From Corynebacterium sp. (GTDB lineage: Bacteria > Actinomycetota > Actinomycetes > Mycobacteriales > Mycobacteriaceae), in the NCBI RefSeq assembly GCF_030530965.1, contig NZ_JAUMTY010000004.1, positions 12,057 through 76,056 on the forward strand: a stretch of 64,000 nucleotides of DNA, read 5' to 3'. Below are positions 19,279 through 27,908 of this stretch, in pieces (the first letter of the stretch is position 1; each line of letters begins with the position of its first letter). Both the position numbers and the translations under genes were made by a program. A model generated the notes under the pieces. It had not been told where the DNA came from, did no database searches, and worked only from the letters and a program-made list of their open reading frames with translations.

Positions 19279-19385
19279 CCAATCGCGCCGTCCCGCTGGC
19301 AACCACTATGCGTGCCGACGCGGCTCGTTCGCGAGTCTAAGCACAGAAGAGAGTCTTCAAGGTGCACGTCGTGAGGAGGTTCTCT

Positions 19386-19973
19386 GTGGCTAATCAAGCC
19401 GATTTTGAAGAGCAAGCAATGCCGCTGTTGGACCAGCTCTATGCGGGTGCGCTGCGGATGACACGGAATCCACCGGACGCGGAAGACCTTGTTCAAGAAA
19501 CGTATATGAAGGCGTATCGCAATTTCGGGTCTTTTAAAGAAGGCACGAATTTGAAGGCCTGGATGTATCGCATTATGACGAATGCGTACATCAATGATTA
19601 CCGCAAGGCCCAGCGTCGGCCGACGGAATCGCCGACTGATGAGATCACCGATTGGCAATTGGCCGCCAACGCCGAGCATGACTCGACGGGGCTGGAGTCG
19701 ACCGAGGTTGAAGCACTAAAAAACATTCCCGACGATCGTATTCGTGATGCCCTCATGGATCTTCCCGAGGACAATCGGATGGTTGTTTACTACGCCGACG
19801 TCGAGGGGATGCCGTATAAGGAGATCGCTCATGTGATGGGTACTCCGGTGGGAACGGTGATGAGTCGCCTTCACCGCGGAAGAAAAAAGCTGCGGGAAGC
19901 GTTAAAGGAAGTGGCCTCGGAACGTGGCATAGGCGGCGTCCAAACTGCTGGATCTGCTGAAACACATAAATAA
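19386..19973 (+). CDS. sigH: ECF sigma factor SigH/SigR-like
   Basis: Sigma70 regions 2 and 4 ([14 protein letters not shown]..., ...[26 protein letters not shown]). GTG start after GGAGG. Followed by a ZAS anti-sigma. Confidence 0.85.
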   Translation: MANQADFEEQAMPLLDQLYAGALRMTRNPPDAEDLVQETYMKAYRNFGSFKEGTNLKAWMYRIMTNAYINDYRKAQRRPTESPTDEITDWQLAANAEHDSTGLESTEVEALKNIPDDRIRDALMDLPEDNRMVVYYADVEGMPYKEIAHVMGTPVGTVMSRLHRGRKKLREALKEVASERGIGGVQTAGSAETHK

Positions 19974-20008
19974 ATCCGAAAAGTACCGTCAAGAATAAGT
20001 ACCGTCAC

Positions 20009-20350
20009 ATGTATGAAAGGAACGACCCCATGACTCATCACTGCGGGAATGAACCCAAGGATGAGGAGCCTGGCGCGTCAGACTCCTCAGCATCTGCCGG
20101 CGGGTATGCGCTCGATAGTTGTTGTCACGACATTATCGACGAGTTGAACGATCTTCTGGATGAACCATGCAATCCGGAGCGACGTCAGGCGTTAATGGAG
20201 AGGGTGAATAGCTGCCCGGAGTATTTTGAGGCCTACGGGATTGAGCAAACCGTGCGTAGTCTCCTTCGTCGTAGCTGCTCAGAGCCGGCGTCTCGCGAGT
20301 TGCGTGCCCGGATTCACGTGGCGATTACGGAGCAAATTCGCTACGAGTGA
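20009..20350 (+). CDS. rshA: zinc-binding anti-sigma factor (ZAS) RsrA/RshA-like
   Basis: HxxxCxxC-type motif ...CCHDIIDELNDLLDEPC...SCPEY.... Immediately downstream of sigH. Confidence 0.8.
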   Translation: MYERNDPMTHHCGNEPKDEEPGASDSSASAGGYALDSCCHDIIDELNDLLDEPCNPERRQALMERVNSCPEYFEAYGIEQTVRSLLRRSCSEPASRELRARIHVAITEQIRYE

Positions 20351-20995
20351 GCCGGGTGTGTTGTCTCCGCGCCGTTGTCGTCGGTCTCAGACACGGGGAG
20401 TGTCGACGATATTTAGGGGGTAAGTAGCAGGAGACACCGTGCGCAATGAGCTTGCTCAAGAATCTCTCTACAGGGGGTGCAGCGGGTCCATTCATGTTCT
20501 TCTGGGGAAGAGCGTCAGTCGAGGCTAACGAGGGAAAATACCCAAAATACAATTGCGCGCTGGCTGACCGTAGGCACTAAAAATAAGGACCTCGGCGGCA
20601 ATAATAATGGGTAATATTCACAAGTTCATAGATGGATCGGTTGCTTCAATTTTGGCGGATGGTTGGTGGCAACGCCTCGTAGTCAGCACTCAGAATTGAA
20701 TTTGGACCGATTCTGCCGAAATGCTGAATAATTATATTCGCTATAGTTTTACTCACTCGATCTCGAAAATCGATTGAGCTTTCGTCACCTACGCGGCACT
20801 GCAATATGTATCAAACTTGGACGAGCCCACAGAGTCACTAAAGGCAGTTTGTAGAGTGATGGCCGCTGGGGGAATTGTTGCCGTATGATGGCTGCCCGGG
20901 GGAATTGTTGCTGTGGAGCTGTTCGCCTCCGAGATGTACCACACTCCTGTGTAACCCAGTCTTATGAGCCTGAAGCTGGATGGAAAACCGGTGTC

Positions 20996-21127
20996 ATGAA
21001 AGGATATGTGCTTCCTGCAAATCGTCAAGAAGCAGCCGAAGTTCTTCGGGCAGCAGGGTTTTCATCTGTTGAGATCAAACTCAAAGCCGGGTACCTCCGA
21101 TGTGCAGCCACAAATATGGAACTTTAA
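20996..21127 (+). CDS. candidate 43-aa ORF (MKGYVLPANRQEAAEVLRAAGFSSVEIKLKAGYLRCAATNMEL) in low-GC island
   Basis: Low-GC codon usage unlike flanks. Weak RBS. Could be a gene fragment. Confidence 0.2.
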   Translation: MKGYVLPANRQEAAEVLRAAGFSSVEIKLKAGYLRCAATNMEL

Positions 21128-21166
21128 CCAACAAAACCTAACTCTTAACTACCTGAAAGGACTTTC

Positions 21167-21340
21167 ATGACACGTTATTTCACGGCCCTGATGGTTTACA
21201 TGTATGTGTTCTCGATTGTCGGAATTACGTTCGATGGTTTTGATTCGAAGGAGGGAGCTATCACTACTGCGCTTCTTTCTTCAGCGGCTGCTTTTGTGGT
21301 CTATTTCCTATATCCAATCTTCCGCCGCCGCGATAAGTAG
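21167..21340 (+). CDS. 57-aa two-helix hydrophobic membrane protein (not in ORF track, below length cutoff)
   Basis: AAGGA RBS 6 nt upstream of ATG. MTRYFTALMVYMYVFSIVGITFDGFDSKEGAITTALLSSAAAFVVYFLYPIFRRRDK. Strong terminator follows. Confidence 0.5.
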   Translation: MTRYFTALMVYMYVFSIVGITFDGFDSKEGAITTALLSSAAAFVVYFLYPIFRRRDK

Positions 21341-21354
21341 TCAAATATCTTATG

Positions 21355-21403
21355 GGCGGTGCGGACACAATCATCCAGGATTCTGTCCGCACCGCCTTTT
21401 GTT
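21355..21403 (+). terminator. rho-independent terminator (13-bp perfect stem ggcggtgcggaca/tgtccgcaccgcc plus TTTTGTT)
   Basis: Seen directly. Follows the 57-aa ORF. Confidence 0.7.
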
Positions 21404-21432
21404 GCTTAACCCGATATTTATAGACGAGAAAA

Positions 21433-21465
21433 GGGTGAACCTCATGGTGAGTTCACCCTTTTTGT
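21433..21465. terminator. bidirectional intrinsic terminator (gggtgaactc/gagttcaccc, T-tracts on both strands)
   Basis: 10-bp stem. TTTTTGTT on plus strand, TTTTCTCGTC on minus strand. Serves minus-strand bL37. Confidence 0.65.
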
Positions 21466-21519
21466 TATGAATTGTGTCAGCCATTCGGCAGCTGCACTAG
21501 ATGTTTCACGCGAGGTGTT

Positions 21520-21594
21520 TTATGCGCTGGGCCGCTTGCCGTGGTTAGCCTTCTTCTTGCGGCGGTCCTTGCGCTTGCGTCCACGTTTGCTCAT
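21520..21594 (-). CDS. 50S ribosomal protein bL37 (24 aa, MSKRGRKRKDRRKKKANHGKRPSA)
   Basis: AAGGAGA RBS 6 nt upstream. Near-identity of pattern to mycobacterial bL37 (MAKRGRKKRDRKHSKANHGKRPNA, recalled from memory). Not in ORF track because under 60 aa. Confidence 0.7.
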   Translation of the reverse strand: MSKRGRKRKDRRKKKANHGKRPSA

Positions 21595-21626
21595 CGCGGC
21601 TCTCCTTTACTTGATTGGGGGCAGTG

Positions 21627-21643
21627 GACGTGCAGTGCACGTC
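21627..21643. promoter_or_regulatory. 17-bp palindrome gacgtgca-g-tgcacgtc in the bL37 5' region
   Basis: Perfect 8-bp arms. Lies between a TATAAA-like box and the bL37 RBS on the minus strand. Confidence 0.4.
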
Positions 21644-21817
21644 GTGTCTTTTTATAGGGCCGGGCCACGCGCGGGCGGTCACGACGCCATAGGAAGGTGA
21701 TTTTATCGAATGGTCATTGTGATAGCTAACGCGGTCTGATCCCGGGTTTCAGTTATCTACCACGGATCGCCTGGTGAGCTCACGCGCGCTGTGCCGTCGT
21801 CAGTGAACTAACGAGCC

Positions 21818-22078
21818 TTAGACCGTAGCGCGACGACGGGAGTTGTTGCGGTTGCGGCGGCGCTTCAGAGTGCGTCGTTCGTCTTCGCTCATGCCACCCC
21901 AGACGCCGGCGTCCTGGCCGGTCTCGATGGCCCAAGCGAGGCACTGAGAGGTCACTGGGCAGCGGTTGCAGACGACCTTTGCACGAGCGATCTGTGCCAG
22001 TGCGGGGCCGGAGTTTCCGACGGGGAAGAACAGTTCGGGGTCTTCGTCACGACAAACGGCTTTGTGGCGCCAATCCAT
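21818..22078 (-). CDS. whiB1: WhiB-family Fe-S transcription factor, WhiB1-like
   Basis: MDWRHKAVCRDEDPELFFPVGNSGPALAQIARAKVVCNRCPV...GVWGGMSEDERR four-Cys WhiB signature. Confidence 0.9.
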   Translation of the reverse strand: MDWRHKAVCRDEDPELFFPVGNSGPALAQIARAKVVCNRCPVTSQCLAWAIETGQDAGVWGGMSEDERRTLKRRRNRNNSRRRATV

Positions 22079-22342
22079 GAAATTCTCCTTGTTACGTGCG
22101 GTGGGGGTGGAGAGTGCTGTGTCCGGTTATCGCTAACTCGACCGATGCTCCGGCCGGCAGGCACGCCAAAAGCAGCCATGGCCATGGCGTCGAAAGTGGA
22201 TTAGGTGAGGACGACCGGGGGAAATCCGGAAACTAGTCCTCGAAACAGCACCCTCGTCAGCAGAAACGTTTGTCTCGCTGATGTGCGTACTTGGAAACTA
22301 TGGCACGGCTTGGCCAGCATTTCTAGGGTTCGGGGGTAAAAT

Positions 22343-22358
22343 GTGTTGAACATCACAG
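22343..22358. promoter_or_regulatory. CRP/GlxR-like site TGTGTtgaacaTCACA
   Basis: Matches TGTGA-N6-TCACA with one mismatch. In the 620-bp non-coding stretch upstream of whiB1 (mycobacterial whiB1 is CRP-regulated). Confidence 0.35.
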
Positions 22359-22714
22359 GAACTGTTTTTGACAGCGAGCCGTCAACCTCTAGCATTATTT
22401 GGATTGTTTGCGATAGCTTCCTTAAGCCTAAAAAGCGACAGAGCGTCACCTTAAAAGCGCTGGATATTCGGGTGAATATCACGGAAATTCAAGGTAAACA
22501 CAGGGTAGCTATGGGGGTGGCAGGGCCTCATATGCACATGTTTCAGGCTCGTATTCCGTCCGATGTGCTTGCAGTACGGCAATCAGCCTGGTTGCGGTTT
22601 CATTGCCGACGACTATTGACGACGACGAACCCGCGCGTGGGGCGTCGTCGGTGCCGGGGTTGCTACAGTGAGCGTGTGTCTAGTTCCCGTAAGAAGCGTT
22701 CGGTCAATCGTGGT

Positions 22715-23224
22715 ATGCAGCGGAAGTCTGACCAGCGGCCGTCGTCAGGCCAGCCCCGCGAGGATGTGCAGCCAGCGCACGACCATCAGAACAATGCCCG
22801 AGAGGCAGAATTAACGCTCCCGTCGACCGTGAAGTGGGCGGGCTACGTCGGCATAATTGAAGGTGCTGTGGGGCTGATTGCTGCGATCGTGATGGTCATT
22901 CAAACGGCCCGGGGACACGGCGATGGCGACGCGAAAGTTGAGGGAGTGCTGGCCAGCTGGGGTAGTGGCTACGGAACGGCATTATGGTTTGTCATCATCT
23001 TCGGCGCTGTTGCTGCAGCCGGATGGGCATTGACCCGCGGTAAGCGGTGGGGACGTGCTCCAGTGGCAATGCTGAATATGCTTCTGCTGCCGGTGGCTTG
23101 GTACATGTTCTCATCGTCCCGGCCGGAGCTGGGCATCCCGACGCTTCTTGTGTCCCTGGTCGGCCTCGGGCTGATCTTTAACCCCGCCGCGGTGTCCTGG
23201 GCGGCATCACGATACGGCCAATAG
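22715..23224 (+). CDS. small integral membrane protein (4 predicted TM), function unknown
   Basis: Hydrophobic segments from about residue 170 of the track ORF. N-terminal 120 aa of that ORF look non-coding. Start uncertain (ATG 22715 or GTG 22676). Confidence 0.5.
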   Translation: MQRKSDQRPSSGQPREDVQPAHDHQNNAREAELTLPSTVKWAGYVGIIEGAVGLIAAIVMVIQTARGHGDGDAKVEGVLASWGSGYGTALWFVIIFGAVAAAGWALTRGKRWGRAPVAMLNMLLLPVAWYMFSSSRPELGIPTLLVSLVGLGLIFNPAAVSWAASRYGQ

Positions 23225-23252
23225 ATCGCCACTAGCCTGCATTAATCCGCGC

Positions 23253-24626
23253 CTAGGAACGATATCCCACCAGGTTATTTCCCTGCCGTTCCACGATGGT
23301 TTTGCCCGCAACGCGCAAGCTCACAGCGTCGGCAATGGCTGTGGAATCATCTCCACCGGTAGACACAGCATCACCCCGGGAAGCTCTCTCGACGGGGATC
23401 GTTTTACCCGCCTCGCCCTTCTTAGTATCGACAACGCTAATGCCTCCCTTAACGGGCACCAAGAGGTGATTATCGCCGACGACATCCCCAGTCCCCAGCG
23501 CATCGGCCACAACGAACTGGACGGAAAGGTCCTCGGGGTCGAAGGCATAAAGACGCTCCCCATCCCACCAGAACATGTTGTGTGGGCCGTCGTTAATGGC
23601 GGGCTCGAACGTGTTCTGAGGTTCACCCTTCTCAGCCGCGTCCGCATTTGCACGGGTGTGGGCGTCGATAAGAGGTGACGGTTTCACTCGCTGCGATGAC
23701 GTCACGTGCCCCTTCTTGTCCACGACGTCAATGCGGGGTTCACTCGCAGCCACATACACGGCAACTTTGTTTTCGCTGATGGCAACGATCTGCGCGGTGT
23801 CGGCACCCAAGTTGTACGACTTAATCATCTCTGGTTTGCGGGAATCGTCTGGCACGGCCTTCATGAGCCGAAGCATGGCATGGCCCTCGCTGTCTTTGTC
23901 GTCGGGACAATTTTCGACGACGGCGAGCAAGTCAGATCGGGTCAACGCGGAACGGATCGTGCAGTGGGGGAAGGGCTGCATATCAGGCTCGGCTTGGTCC
24001 TCGACATCGCCGAATTCAACCGTGCGCACGAGATCGTTACGCCACAATTCCATCCGGGTAGGGGTGACGACGCCGACGTTGTCGTTGGAGCGGACCATCG
24101 ACACGGGGCTCGAGTTTGCCGACTCGCGGCTGTGTGAGTATTCGCCGGTCGCGTCGTCGAGAGAGCTGACTTCACCGCAGCCAGCAGGGCCCTTGAAGAC
24201 GGGAATGAACTGGGAGAACGACGCCGTTACTCCGCACAGGTCCTGGTTTCGGGTGTATGACCACCGGGCCTCCCCTGTGGCGGGGTCCAGGCCTTCCACT
24301 TTTTTCTCTCCCGTCGCCAGAACCGTCGGGCCACTGACAACTGGGCCTTCGGGGGCAGGTCCGGAAATCTCGTGAGTCCACGTCTGGTGCAGATTTGCGG
24401 GGACACTCGTGAGCTGATCTTCAGCCTGGGGCGTGCCGTCCGCGGTGGAAAGGTGAGAATGGCGCGCCTCAGATGTCACCCACACGCCGAAAATCCACAC
24501 GACCACAATGAGCGTGATAACAGCTACTGCAATCCGGTCAGTGCGCGTGGAACGTTCCGCAGGAACCCGGGGCCTGAATCTCTTCATACACTGTGACCTT
24601 ACGTGTGTTGTCAGCGCCGCCCTCAT
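23253..24626 (-). CDS. membrane-anchored conserved actinobacterial protein (Rv3212-like, beta-propeller-like)
   Basis: N-terminal TM IAVAVITLIVVVWIFGVWV then a large extracytoplasmic domain. Sits next to a DEAD-box helicase as in mycobacteria. Confidence 0.5.
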   Translation of the reverse strand: MRAALTTHVRSQCMKRFRPRVPAERSTRTDRIAVAVITLIVVVWIFGVWVTSEARHSHLSTADGTPQAEDQLTSVPANLHQTWTHEISGPAPEGPVVSGPTVLATGEKKVEGLDPATGEARWSYTRNQDLCGVTASFSQFIPVFKGPAGCGEVSSLDDATGEYSHSRESANSSPVSMVRSNDNVGVVTPTRMELWRNDLVRTVEFGDVEDQAEPDMQPFPHCTIRSALTRSDLLAVVENCPDDKDSEGHAMLRLMKAVPDDSRKPEMIKSYNLGADTAQIVAISENKVAVYVAASEPRIDVVDKKGHVTSSQRVKPSPLIDAHTRANADAAEKGEPQNTFEPAINDGPHNMFWWDGERLYAFDPEDLSVQFVVADALGTGDVVGDNHLLVPVKGGISVVDTKKGEAGKTIPVERASRGDAVSTGGDDSTAIADAVSLRVAGKTIVERQGNNLVGYRS

Positions 24627-24672
24627 TGGGCTTCACTGTTGCTTACGGCGTTGGGATCCGACGCTGGGATCG

Positions 24673-26322
24673 TTACTTACGACGCTGGGACCGCGAGCGA
24701 GAATGCGAACGCGATCCGGACCGTGAACGGCGCGACCGCGACTCCGACCGTCGGTGGGGATCGCCTTGACGCCGGTCATCGCGACGCGGGCGCGAGGCCC
24801 TCTTCGCGCTCTTCCTCTGCGGGCTGAGCACCTTGGCGCCACCATAGACCGGGCGGGATTCTCCGACACGTTCGTCCACGTCATCGGGGATATTTAGCGC
24901 CTCACGCAACTCAGGTGACGTCGAAAACCACTCATCGAGTTCGCCGATGTTGAGGTCGAGTTCGTCGTCAATGACTTTCCATTTGGTGACCTCATCCCAG
25001 CCGACGAGGGTCACCGCGGTGCCGGTGTGCCCGGCGCGGCCAGTTCTGCCGATGCGGTGCACGTAGGTCATCGCGTCGTCGGGCACTTGATAGTTAATGA
25101 CGTGGGTGACGTCGTCTACGTCGATACCGCGGGCGGCAACATCCGTCGCAACGAGAACTTCGATCTTCTTGCTGCGGAAGGCGTCGAGGGACTTTTCCCG
25201 CGCGGGCTGCGCCATATCCCCATGGACCGCACCGACGAGGAAACCGCGCTGGGCGAGGTCGTCGGCCACGTCGGCGGCGGAGCGCTTGGTGCGCGTGAAA
25301 ATGATGGTTCGGCCGCGATTATGCGCCTGCAAAATGGCGGACAAGGTGGCCAGCTTGTTGAGCTTGTGATTCTTGAACGCCACTTGCTTCGTGGTGGCGT
25401 GCGTCGTCGAATCATCCGTACCCTCAGCGCGGATATGAACGGGTTTGTTCATAAACGTCCTGGCCAAGGCCATAATCGGGGCGGGCATCGTCGCCGAGAA
25501 GAGCATGGTTTGGCGCTTCTCAGGAACCTGCTGGAGGATTTTCTCGATATCGGGGAGGAACCCGAGGTCCAGCATTTCGTCGGCTTCGTCGAGCACCAGA
25601 ACGGCGACGTGGGAGAGGTCGAGCTCACGGTTCTTGCACAAATCCAGCAGCCGGCCGGGAGTGCCGACGATGCAGTCGGTTCCCTCGCGGAGCTGCGCAA
25701 TCTGCTTCTCAAAGGGATGGCCGCCGCAAATCGTCGTCACGCGTAGCGAACGATGCTCATCGTTGAAATTCGCCAGGTATTTCGCGGCCAAGGTGAGGTC
25801 ATCAGAGACCTGGTAGGCCAGCTCGCGGGTGGGGGCGACGACTAATGCCCGGGGCGTTCCGTCGAGCTCGGCGATGGCAGCGTCGTCAAAAATGCGGTCG
25901 AGCAGCGGCACCCCGTATGCCAGCGTCTTCCCCATGCCGGTTCGGGCTTGTCCGATGAGATCTTTACCGTCGAGGGCCAGCGGTAGAGTGAGCTCCTGGA
26001 TGGCGAAGGTGTGCGTGATACCGTTTTCGGCCAGCGCGTCGACGATTTCTGCTGCTACGCCGAGTTCCTCAAACGTCGGGGTTTCGGATTGTGCGGACTC
26101 GGCGGGCTGTGATGCCGTGTCGGAAGCGGTCGCATGATCGTTGGCAGGCGCGTTTGTGGAGGCAGTCGCGTCTTTGGGAGCGAAGGTGGCCTCGGGAGTG
26201 GTATTGTTCGTCCCCTGATTAGGCGATGCCGTCTGAGGCGCTGCCGAGCGTGATGAACGCCGGACAGCTCTCCGCCGTCGCGATGATGTACGTGCTTGCT
26301 GCGAACGCCGCTTGTCCGTCAT
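24673..26322 (-). CDS. rhlE: DEAD-box ATP-dependent RNA helicase (RhlE-like) with RS/RR-rich C-terminal tail
   Basis: Q-motif, ARTGMGKT, LDEADEMLD, SAT, HRIGRTGRAG. Tail SRSRRSRSGSRSHSRSRSQRRK. Start at MTDKRR (ORF extends to 26427). Confidence 0.85.
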   Translation of the reverse strand: MTDKRRSQQARTSSRRRRAVRRSSRSAAPQTASPNQGTNNTTPEATFAPKDATASTNAPANDHATASDTASQPAESAQSETPTFEELGVAAEIVDALAENGITHTFAIQELTLPLALDGKDLIGQARTGMGKTLAYGVPLLDRIFDDAAIAELDGTPRALVVAPTRELAYQVSDDLTLAAKYLANFNDEHRSLRVTTICGGHPFEKQIAQLREGTDCIVGTPGRLLDLCKNRELDLSHVAVLVLDEADEMLDLGFLPDIEKILQQVPEKRQTMLFSATMPAPIMALARTFMNKPVHIRAEGTDDSTTHATTKQVAFKNHKLNKLATLSAILQAHNRGRTIIFTRTKRSAADVADDLAQRGFLVGAVHGDMAQPAREKSLDAFRSKKIEVLVATDVAARGIDVDDVTHVINYQVPDDAMTYVHRIGRTGRAGHTGTAVTLVGWDEVTKWKVIDDELDLNIGELDEWFSTSPELREALNIPDDVDERVGESRPVYGGAKVLSPQRKSAKRASRPRRDDRRQGDPHRRSESRSRRSRSGSRSHSRSRSQRRK

Positions 26323-26481
26323 GGTGGTTATCCTATCGTGGTGCCTACAATGGCCGGTGCTGGGCTGGTGAGGCGTGTTCGCATCTGCCGAAAAATAGCC
26401 GTTATGGTGCCGCCATGTAGCCATCATGGTGAGGCCATAGGCGGCATAGAGACAACCCGACGTTGATGATAAGGATTGATG

Positions 26482-26712
26482 ATGGAAATCAAGATTGGTT
26501 TTACAGATAACCCCCGTGAGCTGGTCATTAATGCCAAGGGGAAGAAAGAAGAAATCACCACCAAAATTAACGACGCCTTGTCCAAGCCGATCGATGCCAG
26601 CGCTGTGCTAAGCATCGACGATGCCAAAGGGCACACCCATTTGATCCGCCGTGCCGCCATTGCCTACGTAGAGATCGGCTCTGAGTCGGCTCGCCCCGTC
26701 GGCTTCGCGTAA
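26482..26712 (+). CDS. DUF3107 family protein (TB9.4-like)
   Basis: MEIKIGFTDNPRELVI...IAYVEIG...RPVGF matches the TB9.4 pattern. Confidence 0.7.
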   Translation: MEIKIGFTDNPRELVINAKGKKEEITTKINDALSKPIDASAVLSIDDAKGHTHLIRRAAIAYVEIGSESARPVGFA

Positions 26713-26834
26713 AACACGCGCCAGCTGCTTTAGCAATCGTGTTTTAGTATTCGTGTTTTAATACCACCCGTTTAGTATCCGCCTGCTGCCTTCGCCTTTC
26801 CGTCTACGAGGTTTCCCCAAAGAGTCATTATCGA

Positions 26835-27881
26835 ATGAGCCACAACAACGACGTGAACCGTGACCGCGCCAATGCCGGCCACGCCAATAACTCTGCTATC
26901 GACCCCGACGGTCCTGCGCCGATGACACGTACCCCGTTGAAGAAAAAACTTCGGCCGGGCGCGGCCACCCCTGCGGAATCCACGCCAGTGGTGCTGGCCC
27001 GTCGATGGGGTTGGGGCGCGTTGGTTATCCCCGTCGTCGCGGTACTTGTCCTGTGGTTGGTTGTTGCCGCGACGACAGGAGTAGGGAATCCGTTTCGGGC
27101 GTCGACAGTGCAAGATTCCCCTTTTAGCCAGGGCGATGGTGATGGGGCACAAGGCGATGGGCCGCACGGCTTGGGTGACAATCCGGTTCCGTCGTCGCCG
27201 GAGTTGGAAAAAGGCCTGCAGAAGGATTTGCCCAAGGGTGGTCCGTACACCGAGGCTGGTGAGGGGACGTATCGCGCGATCGGTAGACCTGGGATGAAGG
27301 TTGGCGAGGGGAAAACCAAGCGTGTGAAATTTGTTATTGAGGCTGAAAATGGGCTCGATACGAATAGCTACGGTGGGGACGATGCGGTCTCGACGATGAT
27401 TGATAGCACTCTTTCTGATCCGCGGAGCTGGACACACGATAAGAACATCGCGTTTGAGCACATCGATATCGATGACCCCACCCAGACTCCTGATTTGCGT
27501 ATCCAGATTTCCAGTCCGGAAACCGCCCGTCAGGCCTGCGGGGACAGCATCAAAATAGAAACCAGCTGTTTTACTGCCGCTGGTAATCGTGTTGTTCTCA
27601 ATGAGGCCCGGTGGGTTCGTGGCTCGGGGGCCTTCAATGGTGATCTGGGGTCGTATCGCGAGTACATGATTAACCACGAGGTCGGGCACGGAATTGGCTA
27701 CGCTCACCACAAAGCATGTGAAGACGATGGCGGATTAGCGCCTATCATGATGCAGCAGACACTGGGGTTGGCCAATAACCCATTGCATAAGCTGGATAAA
27801 GAATCCGCCCAGGTGTACCCCGAGGACAATAAAGTCTGTAAATACAACGCATGGCCGTACCCGCAAGCGTCGAAATCGTAG
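26835..27881 (+). CDS. DUF3152-like secreted/membrane zinc metallopeptidase-like protein
   Basis: N-terminal TM. HEVGHGIGYAHH HExxH motif. Start may be at MTRTPLKKK (26922). Confidence 0.6.
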   Translation: MSHNNDVNRDRANAGHANNSAIDPDGPAPMTRTPLKKKLRPGAATPAESTPVVLARRWGWGALVIPVVAVLVLWLVVAATTGVGNPFRASTVQDSPFSQGDGDGAQGDGPHGLGDNPVPSSPELEKGLQKDLPKGGPYTEAGEGTYRAIGRPGMKVGEGKTKRVKFVIEAENGLDTNSYGGDDAVSTMIDSTLSDPRSWTHDKNIAFEHIDIDDPTQTPDLRIQISSPETARQACGDSIKIETSCFTAAGNRVVLNEARWVRGSGAFNGDLGSYREYMINHEVGHGIGYAHHKACEDDGGLAPIMMQQTLGLANNPLHKLDKESAQVYPEDNKVCKYNAWPYPQASKS

Positions 27882-27908
27882 TGCGTAAGGGACAGAGCGT
27901 ACTTAAGG

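Noticed and set aside
19240-19330. Attempt to find a SigH/SigR-type GGAAT-N16-18-GTT promoter upstream of sigH
   Set aside because: GGGAAT/GGGAAC elements are present but no GTT at the right spacing. Not supportable.
19146-19679. 177-aa minus-strand ORF spanning the ybaK-sigH intergenic region and sigH 5' end
   Set aside because: Antisense to sigH. No family resemblance. Leaves no space for the sigH promoter.
21467-21700. Plus-strand ORFs 21467-21700 and 21472-21657
   Set aside because: Antisense to the bL37 gene and its RBS. Composition implausible.
22343-22714. First about 124 codons of the 293-aa ORF starting at 22343
   Set aside because: Low-complexity, no RBS, sits in the whiB1 upstream region. 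The real membrane protein likely starts at 22715 or 22676.
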